Shown: positions 18,702 through 27,735 of the stretch, piece after piece | Layout: every line of letters begins with the position of its first letter | How positions within the stretch are numbered: position 1 is the stretch's first letter | NCBI GenBank assembly: GCA_035516655.1 | Contig: DATJAC010000251.1 | Coordinates: 1 to 40,970 of the forward strand | Source: Alphaproteobacteria bacterium | Lineage (GTDB): Bacteria; Pseudomonadota; Alphaproteobacteria; JACZXZ01 | DNA: 40,970 nt | Direction of reading: 5' to 3' | Notes under the pieces: generated by a model | Seen by the model: the letters and a program-made list of their open reading frames with translations, nothing else | Told to the model about the DNA's origin: nothing | Database searches by the model: none | Translations under genes and position numbers: made by a program

Positions 18702-19696
18702 CGCGTCGTCCCGCCGTGCAGCCGGATGCGCGGATCGAGCACTGCCAGGAGGAGATCGGAGACCAAGACGCCCACGACCGTGAGGGCCGCCATGAACATG
18801 AGGAAGGAGCCCGCGAGGTACATGTCCTGGCTGCGCAGCGCGTCGAGCAGCATCGGCCCGGTCGTCGGCAGGGAGAGCACGATCGAGGTGATGGCTGCCC
18901 CCGAGATGACGTGGGGGAGAAGACTGCCGATGTCCGAGACGAAGGGATTGAGCGCCATGCGCAAGGGATACTTGATGAGCAGCCGCCGTGCCGACATGCC
19001 CTTGGCGCGCCCGGTCACCACGTACTGCTTCTGCAGCTCGTCGAGCAGATTGGCGCGCAGGCGGCGGATCATGCCCGCGGTCCCCGCGGTCCCGATGACG
19101 ATGACGGGAATCCAGAGATGCCCGAGCACGGAAAGCACCTTGGGCCAGCTCCACGGCTGATCGAGAAATTTGTCGGCCATGAGCCCGCCGACCGAGACGC
19201 CGAACCAGGAGTTGGCGACGTAGAGGAGCACCAAGGCGAGGAGGAAATTGGGCGTCGCGAGCCCGATGAAGCCGAGGAAGGTCAGGCCGTAGTCGCCGAT
19301 GCTGTACTGGTGGGTCGCCGAGTAGACGCCGATCGGAAAGGACACCACCCAGACGAAGAGAATCGTCGTGAAGGAGACGATGAAGGTGAGCCACAGCCGG
19401 TCGCCGACCACCTTGGTCACCGGCAGGTTGTACTCGAACGAATAACCGAAATCGCCATGCAGCATGCCGGTGAGCCAGACGAAGTATTGCTCGAAAAGCG
19501 GCCGATCCAGGCCGTATTGCGCGCGCAGAAATTCGATCTTCTTGGGATCGACCGATTCGCCCTGGCTCTGCAGCTCGGCGACGTAGCTCGAGAGATAATC
19601 GCCGGGCGGAGCCTGGATGATGACGAAGACGATGATGCTGATCGCGAGCAGCGTCGGGATCATGATCAAAAGGCGCTGCGCAATGTAACCGAGCAT
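18698..19696 (-). CDS. ABC importer permease, OppB/DppB type
   Basis: MLGYIAQRLLIMIPTLLAISIIVFVIIQAPPGDY is the canonical DppB-type N-terminus. QYVVTGRAKGMSARRLLIKYPLRMALNP is the EAA loop. Confidence 0.88.
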   Translation of the reverse strand: MLGYIAQRLLIMIPTLLAISIIVFVIIQAPPGDYLSSYVAELQSQGESVDPKKIEFLRAQYGLDRPLFEQYFVWLTGMLHGDFGYSFEYNLPVTKVVGDRLWLTFIVSFTTILFVWVVSFPIGVYSATHQYSIGDYGLTFLGFIGLATPNFLLALVLLYVANSWFGVSVGGLMADKFLDQPWSWPKVLSVLGHLWIPVIVIGTAGTAGMIRRLRANLLDELQKQYVVTGRAKGMSARRLLIKYPLRMALNPFVSDIGSLLPHVISGAAITSIVLSLPTTGPMLLDALRSQDMYLAGSFLMFMAALTVVGVLVSDLLLAVLDPRIRLHGGTTR

Positions 19697-19728
19697 GGCT
19701 GCCGCCCCTCTCCGTCAGGCTCTTCCGC

Positions 19729-21672
19729 TCAAGGTGTCTTGGGCTTGATCGCCGCCGTCTCGGCGGGCGCATTGTCGAACCAGAAGGTATCCGGCTTGTA
19801 GATGCCGAAATGCGCACCCGGGTCCCAGCAATAGATGCCCTTCGCGGGGACGTTCTCGAGGTGATTGCTGACCACGACGGGTTGCGGCACGTCGGCGACG
19901 ATGCCGATGGTGTACTGCTGGTCCGCGTTGATCTCGAGCATGCGCTGCCAGATGCGCGTACGCTCGTCCTGGCTCCCGGCCGTTTCCCATTCCTTGTTGA
20001 GCTTGAGCAGCTCCTGCGCCTCAGGCAGATCGACCGCCTCGCCCGTCTTGCCGTGGGACTCGAAGTAATCGCCCCACTTCGGCCACTGCAGCTGGTCCTC
20101 CTCGGTGGGTGCCAGCTCCGCGGGGCTGATGTCGGCGACGGGGATGCCGTCGTCGAGCCCGCCCGCGATCGCCAGCAAGGTCGCACCCGCGAAAATGCGG
20201 TCGCGGAAGACCTCGAGCTGGGAGGGCTTGATGAAGAGCTTGATGCCGATCTGCTCCCAGGTATCGTGGATGAGCTGGAGCACGTCCGTCTGCTCCGTGG
20301 CATTGCCCGCCGTCTCCACCACCACTTCCATGGGCCTTCCGTCGGGCAGGAGGCGCAGGCCGCGGTCGTCGCGACCGCTCAGGCCCATCTCGTCCAAGAG
20401 CGCATTGGCGGCTTGGAGATCGAAGTTGGCCCAGCGCTTCTGGAAGTCCTCCTTGAAAAGGGGACTCGCGGACAGCACCGTATTGTTGCCCTCGGCGCCG
20501 AGGCCGAAATAGACCACCTTGTTGATCTCGTGCCGGTTGATCGCGAGCGAGAGTGCCCGGCGGAAGCGCACGTCGCGGACGATCTTGCGCCACACCGGAT
20601 CCTTCACGTTGAGGTTGGGATAGAGGGCCACCTGGGAGCCCGTGCCGGTGCGCCACAGCCGCACGGTGTAGTCGTGCTGCTTCTCGCCGCGCTTGAGGAA
20701 GGTGTAGTCGTCGAAGCGCAGGTAGCGCGCCTGAAGATCGGCCTCGCCGGTCTCGGTCTTGAGGGCCACCAGCTTGCCGTCGACGATGTCCATCGTGACG
20801 CTGTCGATGTAGGGCAGCTGATGACCCTGGGCATCGAAGCGGTAGTAATAGGGATTGCGCACGAAGACCAGGCGCTCGGCGGGCGGTTGGGTGGTGAGCA
20901 CCCACGGCTCGAGCGAGGGCAGATCCGGGTTGCTGTTCTTGTAGGCGTGGCCCTTGAGCGTGTGGAGGGCCGCCCAGTTGCGCTGCTTCGCGGCTTTGGC
21001 GAGCTTCTGGAGCTTTGCGGGGTCGGCGTATTTCGCGTGGAACTGCTTGAGGTAGTGAGCCGGCATGAAGATGTCGAGCGGCGTTGCATTCGCGAGCAGC
21101 GGCAGGAAGAGCGGGTTCGGCTTGGCCCAGCTGTAGCGCACCGTGGTGGCGTCGGGAAACTCGACCGTGGGCGGGGCGCCGTCGACGAGGAGTGCCCGCG
21201 TGAGCCCGTAGGGTGAGAGGTCCTTGTTGTTGGCGACGTCCTCCCAATAGTAGCGGAAGTCCTCGCTGGTGAAGGGCACGCCGTCGGACCAGCGCATGCC
21301 CTTGCGCAAGTGGAAAGTGAAGATGCGGCCGTCCTCGACGTCGAAGCTCTCGAGGATGTCCGGCACGAGCTGGAGTTTCTCGTCGAATACGACGAGCCGC
21401 GCGTAGCCGTAGGCCACCATGAGCCGCGTATCCTTGGCCCCCGACATCAGGATGCGCAGCGTCCCGCCCTGCCTGCCGATGCGCTTGCCGTCCTTGGCGA
21501 GATCGACGATGAGCGGCTGCTCGGGCGCACGCTCGGCAATCGGCGGCAGCTTGTGCTCCGCCACCGCGTCGCGGAGGGAGGGCGTCTCGTGCATCTCCAA
21601 GGCGAAGGCGCTGCCGGCCGCGGCCAGAAGCGCCGCCGCCAGTGCCATGACCGGGATGCCCGCGCGCATCAT
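19729..21672 (-). CDS. Periplasmic substrate-binding protein, family 5 (Opp/Dpp/YejA-like), 647 aa
   Basis: Signal peptide [24 protein letters not shown], then KLPPIAERAPEQPLIVDL, which is typical of large SBP_bac_5 proteins. The ATG overlaps the ATPase stop (ATGA at 21669-21672). Confidence 0.8.
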   Translation of the reverse strand: MMRAGIPVMALAAALLAAAGSAFALEMHETPSLRDAVAEHKLPPIAERAPEQPLIVDLAKDGKRIGRQGGTLRILMSGAKDTRLMVAYGYARLVVFDEKLQLVPDILESFDVEDGRIFTFHLRKGMRWSDGVPFTSEDFRYYWEDVANNKDLSPYGLTRALLVDGAPPTVEFPDATTVRYSWAKPNPLFLPLLANATPLDIFMPAHYLKQFHAKYADPAKLQKLAKAAKQRNWAALHTLKGHAYKNSNPDLPSLEPWVLTTQPPAERLVFVRNPYYYRFDAQGHQLPYIDSVTMDIVDGKLVALKTETGEADLQARYLRFDDYTFLKRGEKQHDYTVRLWRTGTGSQVALYPNLNVKDPVWRKIVRDVRFRRALSLAINRHEINKVVYFGLGAEGNNTVLSASPLFKEDFQKRWANFDLQAANALLDEMGLSGRDDRGLRLLPDGRPMEVVVETAGNATEQTDVLQLIHDTWEQIGIKLFIKPSQLEVFRDRIFAGATLLAIAGGLDDGIPVADISPAELAPTEEDQLQWPKWGDYFESHGKTGEAVDLPEAQELLKLNKEWETAGSQDERTRIWQRMLEINADQQYTIGIVADVPQPVVVSNHLENVPAKGIYCWDPGAHFGIYKPDTFWFDNAPAETAAIKPKTP

Positions 21673-23558
21673 GTCCGCAATGCTCCCAAATCGGCCGAGG
21701 CATCGGCGCGCACGAAATGTCCGGCCCCCAGCTCGACCAGCTCCACGTGGGCGCTCCCGTTGACGGTAAAGGGTGCCGGCCAGGCCGACGGAATCGACGC
21801 CTTGCCTTCCATGAGGGCCGAGAGATCGAGCTTGTGGCGGGGATCGGGCTCGGGCACGGCGGTGAGGAGCGCCTGCGTATAGGGGTGGACCGGATGGCTG
21901 AACAAGACCTCGCGGGGCGCCACCTCGACGATGCGGCCGGCGCACATCACCGCGATGCGGTCGGCAATATAATCCACGACCGCCAAATTGTGCGAGATGA
22001 AAAGATAGGTGAGGCCGAGGCGGTCCTTGAGGTCCTTGAGCAGGTTCAGGATCTGCGCCTGGATCGAGACGTCGAGGGCGGAGACCGGCTCGTCGCAGAT
22101 CAGCAGGTCCGGCTTGAGCGCCAAGGCCCGCGCAATGCCGATGCGCTGGCGCTGTCCGCCCGAGAAGCTGTGCGGATAGCGGTTGAGGAAGCGCGGGTCG
22201 AGGCCGACGAGCTCCATGAGCTCCTTCACCATCTCGCTACGCCAGGCGTGATCGCCGATGCTGTGGATGACGAGCGGCTCGGCGACGATGTCGAAGACCG
22301 TCATGCGCGGGTTGAGCGAGCCGTACGGATCCTGGAAGATGAACTGGACCCTGCGCCGGAAGGGGATGAGCTGGCTCGCGCTCAAGGCGCGCACGTCGAC
22401 GCGCACGCCGCGGTCGTTGAACCAGATCTCGCCCGCGTCGGCATTGAGGGCCCGCGTCACCACCTTGCTGAAGGTGGTCTTGCCGCACCCGCTCTCGCCG
22501 ACGAGGCCGAGGCATTCGCCGCGGCGCACATCGAGGCTCACGTGATCGAGGGCGGTGACTTCGCTGCTTTCCTTGCTCCCGAAAAAGCCCTGCTCGCGCA
22601 CGCGGAATTTCTTGCTGAGATCCTTGACCGACAGGAGCGGGCCCGCGGCATCCGCACCTTCCGGCCACGCTTCCTTGGCGGCGAGCAGGTTGCCCGTCTT
22701 CGGCGTGATCTCGCGCACCGGCTGGAGCCGCTCGTTCGGCTTCATGTCGAACTTCGGCACGGCCCTGAGCAGCGCCTGCAAATAAGGATGCGTCGGATTG
22801 CGGAAGATGTCCTCGAGCACGCCGTGCTCGGTGACCTGGCCGTTGTACATCACCACGACCTCCTCGGCGACGTTCGCCACTACGCCGAGATCGTGGGTGA
22901 TGATCAAGACCGCCATGCCGAGCTCGCCCTGCAGGTCCTGGATGAGCTTGAGGATCTGCGCCTGGATGGTGACGTCGAGGGCGGTCGTGGGCTCGTCCGC
23001 GATGAGGAGTGCCGGGCGGCAGACGAGCGCCATGGCGATCATGGCGCGCTGGCGCAAGCCGCCCGAGAGCTCGAAGGGATAGGTCCGGAGCGCGCGCGCG
23101 GGATCGGCGAAGCCGACGAGGCGCAGCATCTCCCTGGTGACCGCCATGCCCTCGGACTTGCTTCCGGCGCGGTGCAGGAAAAACGCCTCGCTCACCTGAT
23201 CGCCGATCGTATGGAGCGGGGAGAGCGAGGTCATCGGCTCCTGGAAGATGATGGAGATGCGCGCTCCCCGGATGGCGCGCATGGCGTCCGATTCCGGGTC
23301 GAGGTGCGAGATGTCGACCGGCTCTCCCCCGCTCGCCGGATCGTTGAACAGGATCTCCCCGCCCGAGATGCGGCCGTTGCGCGGCAGGATGCCCATGATC
23401 GCCTGGGAGACCACGGACTTGCCGGAGCCGGACTCGCCGACGAGGGCCACGGTCGAGCCCGGGCGCACCCGAAACGACACCCCTTTCACCGCTTGGATCG
23501 TGGTGTCGTGGACGCGGAACTCGACTTTGAGATCGCGCACGGTGAGGAGATTTGTCAT
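21669..23558 (-). CDS. ABC importer ATPase with two fused nucleotide-binding domains (OppD-OppF / YejF / GsiA type)
   Basis: Two complete NBDs are present. The first has GESGSGKS...LSGGLRQR...[12 protein letters not shown]. The second has GESGCGKT...FSGGQRQR...[12 protein letters not shown]. Confidence 0.9.
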   Translation of the reverse strand: MTNLLTVRDLKVEFRVHDTTIQAVKGVSFRVRPGSTVALVGESGSGKSVVSQAIMGILPRNGRISGGEILFNDPASGGEPVDISHLDPESDAMRAIRGARISIIFQEPMTSLSPLHTIGDQVSEAFFLHRAGSKSEGMAVTREMLRLVGFADPARALRTYPFELSGGLRQRAMIAMALVCRPALLIADEPTTALDVTIQAQILKLIQDLQGELGMAVLIITHDLGVVANVAEEVVVMYNGQVTEHGVLEDIFRNPTHPYLQALLRAVPKFDMKPNERLQPVREITPKTGNLLAAKEAWPEGADAAGPLLSVKDLSKKFRVREQGFFGSKESSEVTALDHVSLDVRRGECLGLVGESGCGKTTFSKVVTRALNADAGEIWFNDRGVRVDVRALSASQLIPFRRRVQFIFQDPYGSLNPRMTVFDIVAEPLVIHSIGDHAWRSEMVKELMELVGLDPRFLNRYPHSFSGGQRQRIGIARALALKPDLLICDEPVSALDVSIQAQILNLLKDLKDRLGLTYLFISHNLAVVDYIADRIAVMCAGRIVEVAPREVLFSHPVHPYTQALLTAVPEPDPRHKLDLSALMEGKASIPSAWPAPFTVNGSAHVELVELGAGHFVRADASADLGALRT

Positions 23559-24046
23559 GCGCGTTCTGCGGGCGGGGTGAGCCCAAGTGCCAGCAAATTG
23601 TTGCGGGTCGAGGAATCAAGGATCAAGCCGTTCGCGCGTGCGGCAATGGCCGCACGGCCGGCCAGGTCGACAAATCCGTCGAGGGAAGACTCGAGCGACA
23701 GCCGCTTTCTCCCTGCCGCGAGAGTGAGTTGCATCCAGCCTCCCGTGCGGTCGCGTTTTGTTGCGTAATATCTCAATTTGACCGCGCTCAACTCGCACCA
23801 GGGCAGATTAACGCAATGGCCGCCCCAGGTCGATATCCCGTCGTCGCCCATCTCGACGGTCGTGCGTTGCCGTATCCATGTGCGAATGCCGAAGGCAAGA
23901 AAAATCAGCGCGGCGCCGCCCAGGATCGAGGTGGCGACCGGCTCACCCCCGGCGAGAGCCGCGAGCCCGCCGGTGAGGACGAGACCGAGGGCCGCGCGCG
24001 CATAATCCCCCCGCAGTGCTGCGAAGGAATAGCGATGGAGGCTCAT
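23555..24046 (-). CDS. Small membrane protein, two predicted TM helices plus a PH-like soluble domain
   Basis: 163 aa. Hydrophobic stretches are [16 protein letters not shown] and [14 protein letters not shown], followed by a ~100-aa soluble domain. Both ends overlap neighbouring genes by 4 nt, which supports it being coding. Confidence 0.55.
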   Translation of the reverse strand: MSLHRYSFAALRGDYARAALGLVLTGGLAALAGGEPVATSILGGAALIFLAFGIRTWIRQRTTVEMGDDGISTWGGHCVNLPWCELSAVKLRYYATKRDRTGGWMQLTLAAGRKRLSLESSLDGFVDLAGRAAIAARANGLILDSSTRNNLLALGLTPPAERA

Positions 24047-24843
24047 CGGCCCTCGACGGCTATGGCGCGCGGCGTTGCATCGGAGGGCGGGAAGACCGTC
24101 TCGATCTCGAGCCACAGCACCGCCGGATGGCCCGCGGTGCGCGCGAACAGTGTTTCGATGAAGCGCCAGGCCGGCGCATCGTGGACGAGGTGGTGGGTGA
24201 GAAGCCCGCTCGGCTCGTCTCGGTCGACCTCGTTCCGGCGGCGTGCGGCGAGATGGTCCACGAGGGCGCCGAGCGCCTTGGCCTCGCCGACGAAGCCGCG
24301 GCTGCCGCGCCAATCGATGACGTCGAGGTGGGCGTTGACTTGCCACAGACCGGGTGCTGCCCATGCCTGGGTACGCGCCCCCCAGGCGGAAAGACCGCGA
24401 AAGCCGAGGCTGGGGAGATGCGGCACGAGTGCAGGATCGATACGGTTCCATGGCGGCACCAGCACGGGCAAGGCGCGGTTGCCGAAGAGGGCCGCGAGAC
24501 GACGCCAGCCGAGCGCCACCTCGCGGAGGTTGACCTCGGGTGCCCGCGCCGGGCCGAGCTCGCCACTCTTGGCCCCGGTGGGGGAATGATCGACGTGCTG
24601 AAAGCCGTGCGGAAGCGGGACGACCCCCGGTACCTCGCGGAGTGCGGCCACGAGACTTGCCTGCGCGAAGTGCGGGACGGTCGCGAGGGCCAACGGGACG
24701 CGCCAAGCGGCGGCGATGGCGAGGAGCCGCGCGAGTGCCGGCGTCGACTCGACCGCATCGTCGTCGCGCCACCACAAGCTGGCACTCCGGCCTGCCGCCT
24801 GCCAGGCGTCAAGCTCGCGCGCGAGCGCTTCCCAACTGCTCAC
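24043..24843 (-). CDS. Polysaccharide deacetylase-like protein (CE4 / DUF2334-like)
   Basis: WWRDDDA resembles NodB motif 1 (xxDD). PLPHGFQHVDH resembles the His-x-x-x-His metal motif. The GTG start overlaps the upstream stop (GTGA at 24840-24843). Confidence 0.5.
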   Translation of the reverse strand: MSSWEALARELDAWQAAGRSASLWWRDDDAVESTPALARLLAIAAAWRVPLALATVPHFAQASLVAALREVPGVVPLPHGFQHVDHSPTGAKSGELGPARAPEVNLREVALGWRRLAALFGNRALPVLVPPWNRIDPALVPHLPSLGFRGLSAWGARTQAWAAPGLWQVNAHLDVIDWRGSRGFVGEAKALGALVDHLAARRRNEVDRDEPSGLLTHHLVHDAPAWRFIETLFARTAGHPAVLWLEIETVFPPSDATPRAIAVEGR

Positions 24844-26012
24844 GGCCTCACCCCTCCGCGCGGGTGGCGGGCGAGCGCCTCGCTCACAATGGCAACGCTC
24901 GCCGCCGCTCCCGACAAGTCGAGCGCTGCAAATGACGCGGGTGGGCCCGCCTCGGCCCGATCGACGGCCGCGGCGAGACGCTCGGGCGAGAGCTCCGCCT
25001 CGGGGACGAGCTGCACGAGCCCGCGCGCCGCAAGCCGCTCGGCGCGCAGCGTCTGCTCCGTCTCGCCGCGCCCGACGTAAGGCACCAGCACGGCACGCGC
25101 ACCGGCACGCGCAATCTCCATCACCGTATTATAGCCGGCCTGGGAAATCGACATACGGCAATTGGCCAGGAGGGTCGGGAAATCCGCGCGCGCGCGCTCG
25201 ACGACGACGCCGCAGGGTGCCTGGGCCGCAAGGGCCGCGAGGGCCGCCCGGGGCAGATTGCGGCCGGCAAGGAGACGCCAGCCGCGGCGCGCGGCGCTGC
25301 TGCGCGGTCGTGCCGCGAGCGCGCTCGCGAGCAGGACGGCCCCTACCGCCCCGCCGCCGGCCGAGACCACGACCTCGTCCCAGCCCGGATCGCCCGGGCA
25401 GCCGCGGGGTAGCGGAGGTGGTGCAACGTATCCGGTGTAGCAGAGACGGGCGCCGAGCATCGCCGCGCACGGGAAGCTCTCCTCGAAGCGCACGAGCCGC
25501 GGGTCGCCGTGCACGAGGACGAGATCGAAGCTTTGCTCGACAAGGGCCGCTGCCTCCTCGGCCCGCCCGGGCTTGCGCCGGGCCTGCACGATGTCGCGCG
25601 TCGAGGAGACGACGAGGGGGCGGGGCGCGGCCGCGCGCGCCGCGGCGAGGAGAGGAAGCAGCTCGAAGCGCATCTGCCGGCGGCCGAAGGGGAACATCTC
25701 GAGCATGAGCACGTCCGGCCGGCGCTCGGCGAAGAAAGCGAGCAGGCGCTCGCGGCGCGCGCCGCACCATGCCGCGTCAGGCGGCTTGCCCATGTCGTCG
25801 ACGAGCTCGGTGAAGCTCTCGTCCTTGCTGCTGAGCGGCGGGAGCTGCACCAGGTGCGCCCCGCCAAGGTCGAGCTCGGCTACGGGCATTCCGCCGGAGA
25901 CGAGATCGACCTCCCAGCCCGCCGCGGCAAAAGCGCGGGCGAGGCGTGCGGCGCGCGCGAGATGGCCGATGCCGAGCAGGCTCTGGACGTAAAGCAGGAG
26001 ACGGCGGTTCAT
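24840..26012 (-). CDS. MurG/GT28-like glycosyltransferase (GT-B fold), paralog A
   Basis: MNRRLLLYVQSLLGIGHLARAARLA N-terminus. C-terminal CRMSISQAGYNTVMEIARAGARAVLVP resembles the nucleotide-sugar-binding helix of the GT28 C-terminal domain. It is a paralog of 29053-30273. Confidence 0.65.
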   Translation of the reverse strand: MNRRLLLYVQSLLGIGHLARAARLARAFAAAGWEVDLVSGGMPVAELDLGGAHLVQLPPLSSKDESFTELVDDMGKPPDAAWCGARRERLLAFFAERRPDVLMLEMFPFGRRQMRFELLPLLAAARAAAPRPLVVSSTRDIVQARRKPGRAEEAAALVEQSFDLVLVHGDPRLVRFEESFPCAAMLGARLCYTGYVAPPPLPRGCPGDPGWDEVVVSAGGGAVGAVLLASALAARPRSSAARRGWRLLAGRNLPRAALAALAAQAPCGVVVERARADFPTLLANCRMSISQAGYNTVMEIARAGARAVLVPYVGRGETEQTLRAERLAARGLVQLVPEAELSPERLAAAVDRAEAGPPASFAALDLSGAAASVAIVSEALARHPRGGVRP

Positions 26013-26599
26013 GGTCGTGCCAAGGCCAGATTGCCGCCGATGAGGTGCGGCCGGCCGGCAGCGTCGAGCTCGAAGAGCTGTGCGGTCGCGGCGGCGAGGC
26101 GAACGGGCGGGGTGCCGAGGAAGTCCCAACCGGTCGCCAGGCCGATGACGGCGCGGATGACGCCCTTGTGCGTGACGGCCGCGACGGGTCGCCCGCCGGC
26201 CCCGATGCGCGCGAGCCAGGGTGCCACGCGCTGCTGCACCTCGCGCGGGCTCTCCCCGCCCGGCGGACGGAAGTCCAAACCGCGCGCTTCGTTCGCGGCA
26301 AGCACCGGCCCGAGCTCGGCGCGCAGCTCGGCGAGACGCCGCCCCTCCCACTCGCCCCAAGCCATCTCGATGAGGACCGGCTCGACCCCTGCCTCGCGGC
26401 CGAGCATGAGGCGAGCGGTGTCGCGCGCGCGCCTGAGCGGGCTCGTGACCCAATCGAAATCCGCGAGTACCGCCGGCGGGCGCCAGGTCGCGGCCGCGGC
26501 AGCCCCGGCAGCACTCAGGGCGATATCCGCGCGGCCCTGGATGAGACCGCGCTCGTTCCACTCGCTTCTGCCATGGCGGATGAGGGCCAACTGGATCAT
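26009..26599 (-). CDS. Histidine phosphatase superfamily protein (phosphoglycerate-mutase-like)
   Basis: MIQLALIRHGRSEWN carries the catalytic RHG motif, and VTHKGVIRA supplies the second catalytic His. It is 196 aa. Both ends overlap GT genes by 4 nt. Confidence 0.85.
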   Translation of the reverse strand: MIQLALIRHGRSEWNERGLIQGRADIALSAAGAAAAATWRPPAVLADFDWVTSPLRRARDTARLMLGREAGVEPVLIEMAWGEWEGRRLAELRAELGPVLAANEARGLDFRPPGGESPREVQQRVAPWLARIGAGGRPVAAVTHKGVIRAVIGLATGWDFLGTPPVRLAAATAQLFELDAAGRPHLIGGNLALARP

Positions 26600-27735
26600 G
26601 GCCCCTGCCCCTTGCAGAGGGTGCCGAGAATGGCGTCAAGCCTTGCCGCGGCAGGGGCGATGTCGTGCTCCGCCAAGGCGATCGCGCGCGCGCGCGCGCC
26701 CATGGCGCGCCGGCGCTCGGGATCGTCGAGCAGGGCAGCCATGGCGGCCGCGAAGCCGCCGGCGTCGCCCGCGGCGGCGAGCAGGCCCGCCTCGCCCTCG
26801 CGCACGACCTCCGGCACGCCGCGCTCGCGTCCCGCGACGACGGGAAGCCCCGCCGCCTGAGCTTCGAGGAAGGCCATGCCGAAGGCCTCGTGAACGGCGG
26901 GCCAGACATAGAGGTCGGCACTGGCATAGAGGGCGGGCAGCTCTGTTGCCGCGAGCGTGCCGAGGTAGCGCACGCGCCCGGCACCGAGGGGTGCTAGGAG
27001 GGCCGCCACCTCGGCGCGCGCCGGGCCGTCGCCGACGACGACGAGTTGCCATTGGCGCTCGGCGATGCGGCTCAGCGCCTCGGCGAGCACGCGATAGGAG
27101 GCAAGCTTCGCCCCCGGCCGCATCATCGCCACCGTCAGCAGCCAGGGCCGCGCCGGCTCAAGCCCGTAAAGCCGCGCCAGCTCCGCACGCGCGGGCTTGG
27201 CGCGGGCATAGATCGCGGTCTCGATGAAGGGCGCCAAAGGGACGACGCGCGCCCGCTCGGCACCGGCCGCGAGCAGGCCCGCGCGATCGTCGCCGTTGAG
27301 ATTGATGAGGAGGTCGGCGCGCGCGATCGCGGCCGAGCTCGCGGCAAATCCCCGCGCCCAGCGTCCCTGTGCCTGCTTGCCGGCCAACGACGCCTCGACG
27401 ACGACGTAAGGAATGGCGAGCGCCCCCGCGACTGCGGGCCCAAGCCAGTCCGGCGCCTTGTGGTAGAGATGATAGGTGAGCCAAAGGGCTGGCCGGTGCG
27501 CCGGATCGCGCAAGTAGCGCTGCGTGAGGCGGGCGGCGAGTGCCGCACCCGAGCGCTCGATCCGCCGCTGCCGGGCGCTGTCCCCGGCCCCCTCCCAACT
27601 GCGCAAGCGCGAGGCCAGCACGACGTCATGGCCGACGCTCCTCAGGGCGGCGACGAGCGCGCGCCCGAGACGGCGGTCGCCCGAAGGCACCGGATGATCC
27701 GGCGGCTTCAGCGGCGCATAGAAGGCGATGCGCAT
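26596..27735 (-). CDS. Glycosyltransferase family 4
   Basis: MRIAFYAPLKPPDHPVPSGDR start. C-terminal WPAVHEAFGMAFLEAQAAGLPVVAGRERGVPEVV contains the E-x7-E motif. Confidence 0.8.
   Translation of the reverse strand: MRIAFYAPLKPPDHPVPSGDRRLGRALVAALRSVGHDVVLASRLRSWEGAGDSARQRRIERSGAALAARLTQRYLRDPAHRPALWLTYHLYHKAPDWLGPAVAGALAIPYVVVEASLAGKQAQGRWARGFAASSAAIARADLLINLNGDDRAGLLAAGAERARVVPLAPFIETAIYARAKPARAELARLYGLEPARPWLLTVAMMRPGAKLASYRVLAEALSRIAERQWQLVVVGDGPARAEVAALLAPLGAGRVRYLGTLAATELPALYASADLYVWPAVHEAFGMAFLEAQAAGLPVVAGRERGVPEVVREGEAGLLAAAGDAGGFAAAMAALLDDPERRRAMGARARAIALAEHDIAPAAARLDAILGTLCKGQGP

Noticed and set aside
17520-20303. Very long ORF-track entries that look like giant fusion proteins: 17520-20303, 19729-21945, 24840-26984, 26596-28824, 23555-24775, 10195-12807 and 13863-15242.
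   Set aside because: Only the C-terminal part of each shows protein-family features. The upstream part is open frame running through the neighbouring gene. I trimmed each to an internal ATG/GTG/TTG that abuts or overlaps the upstream stop.
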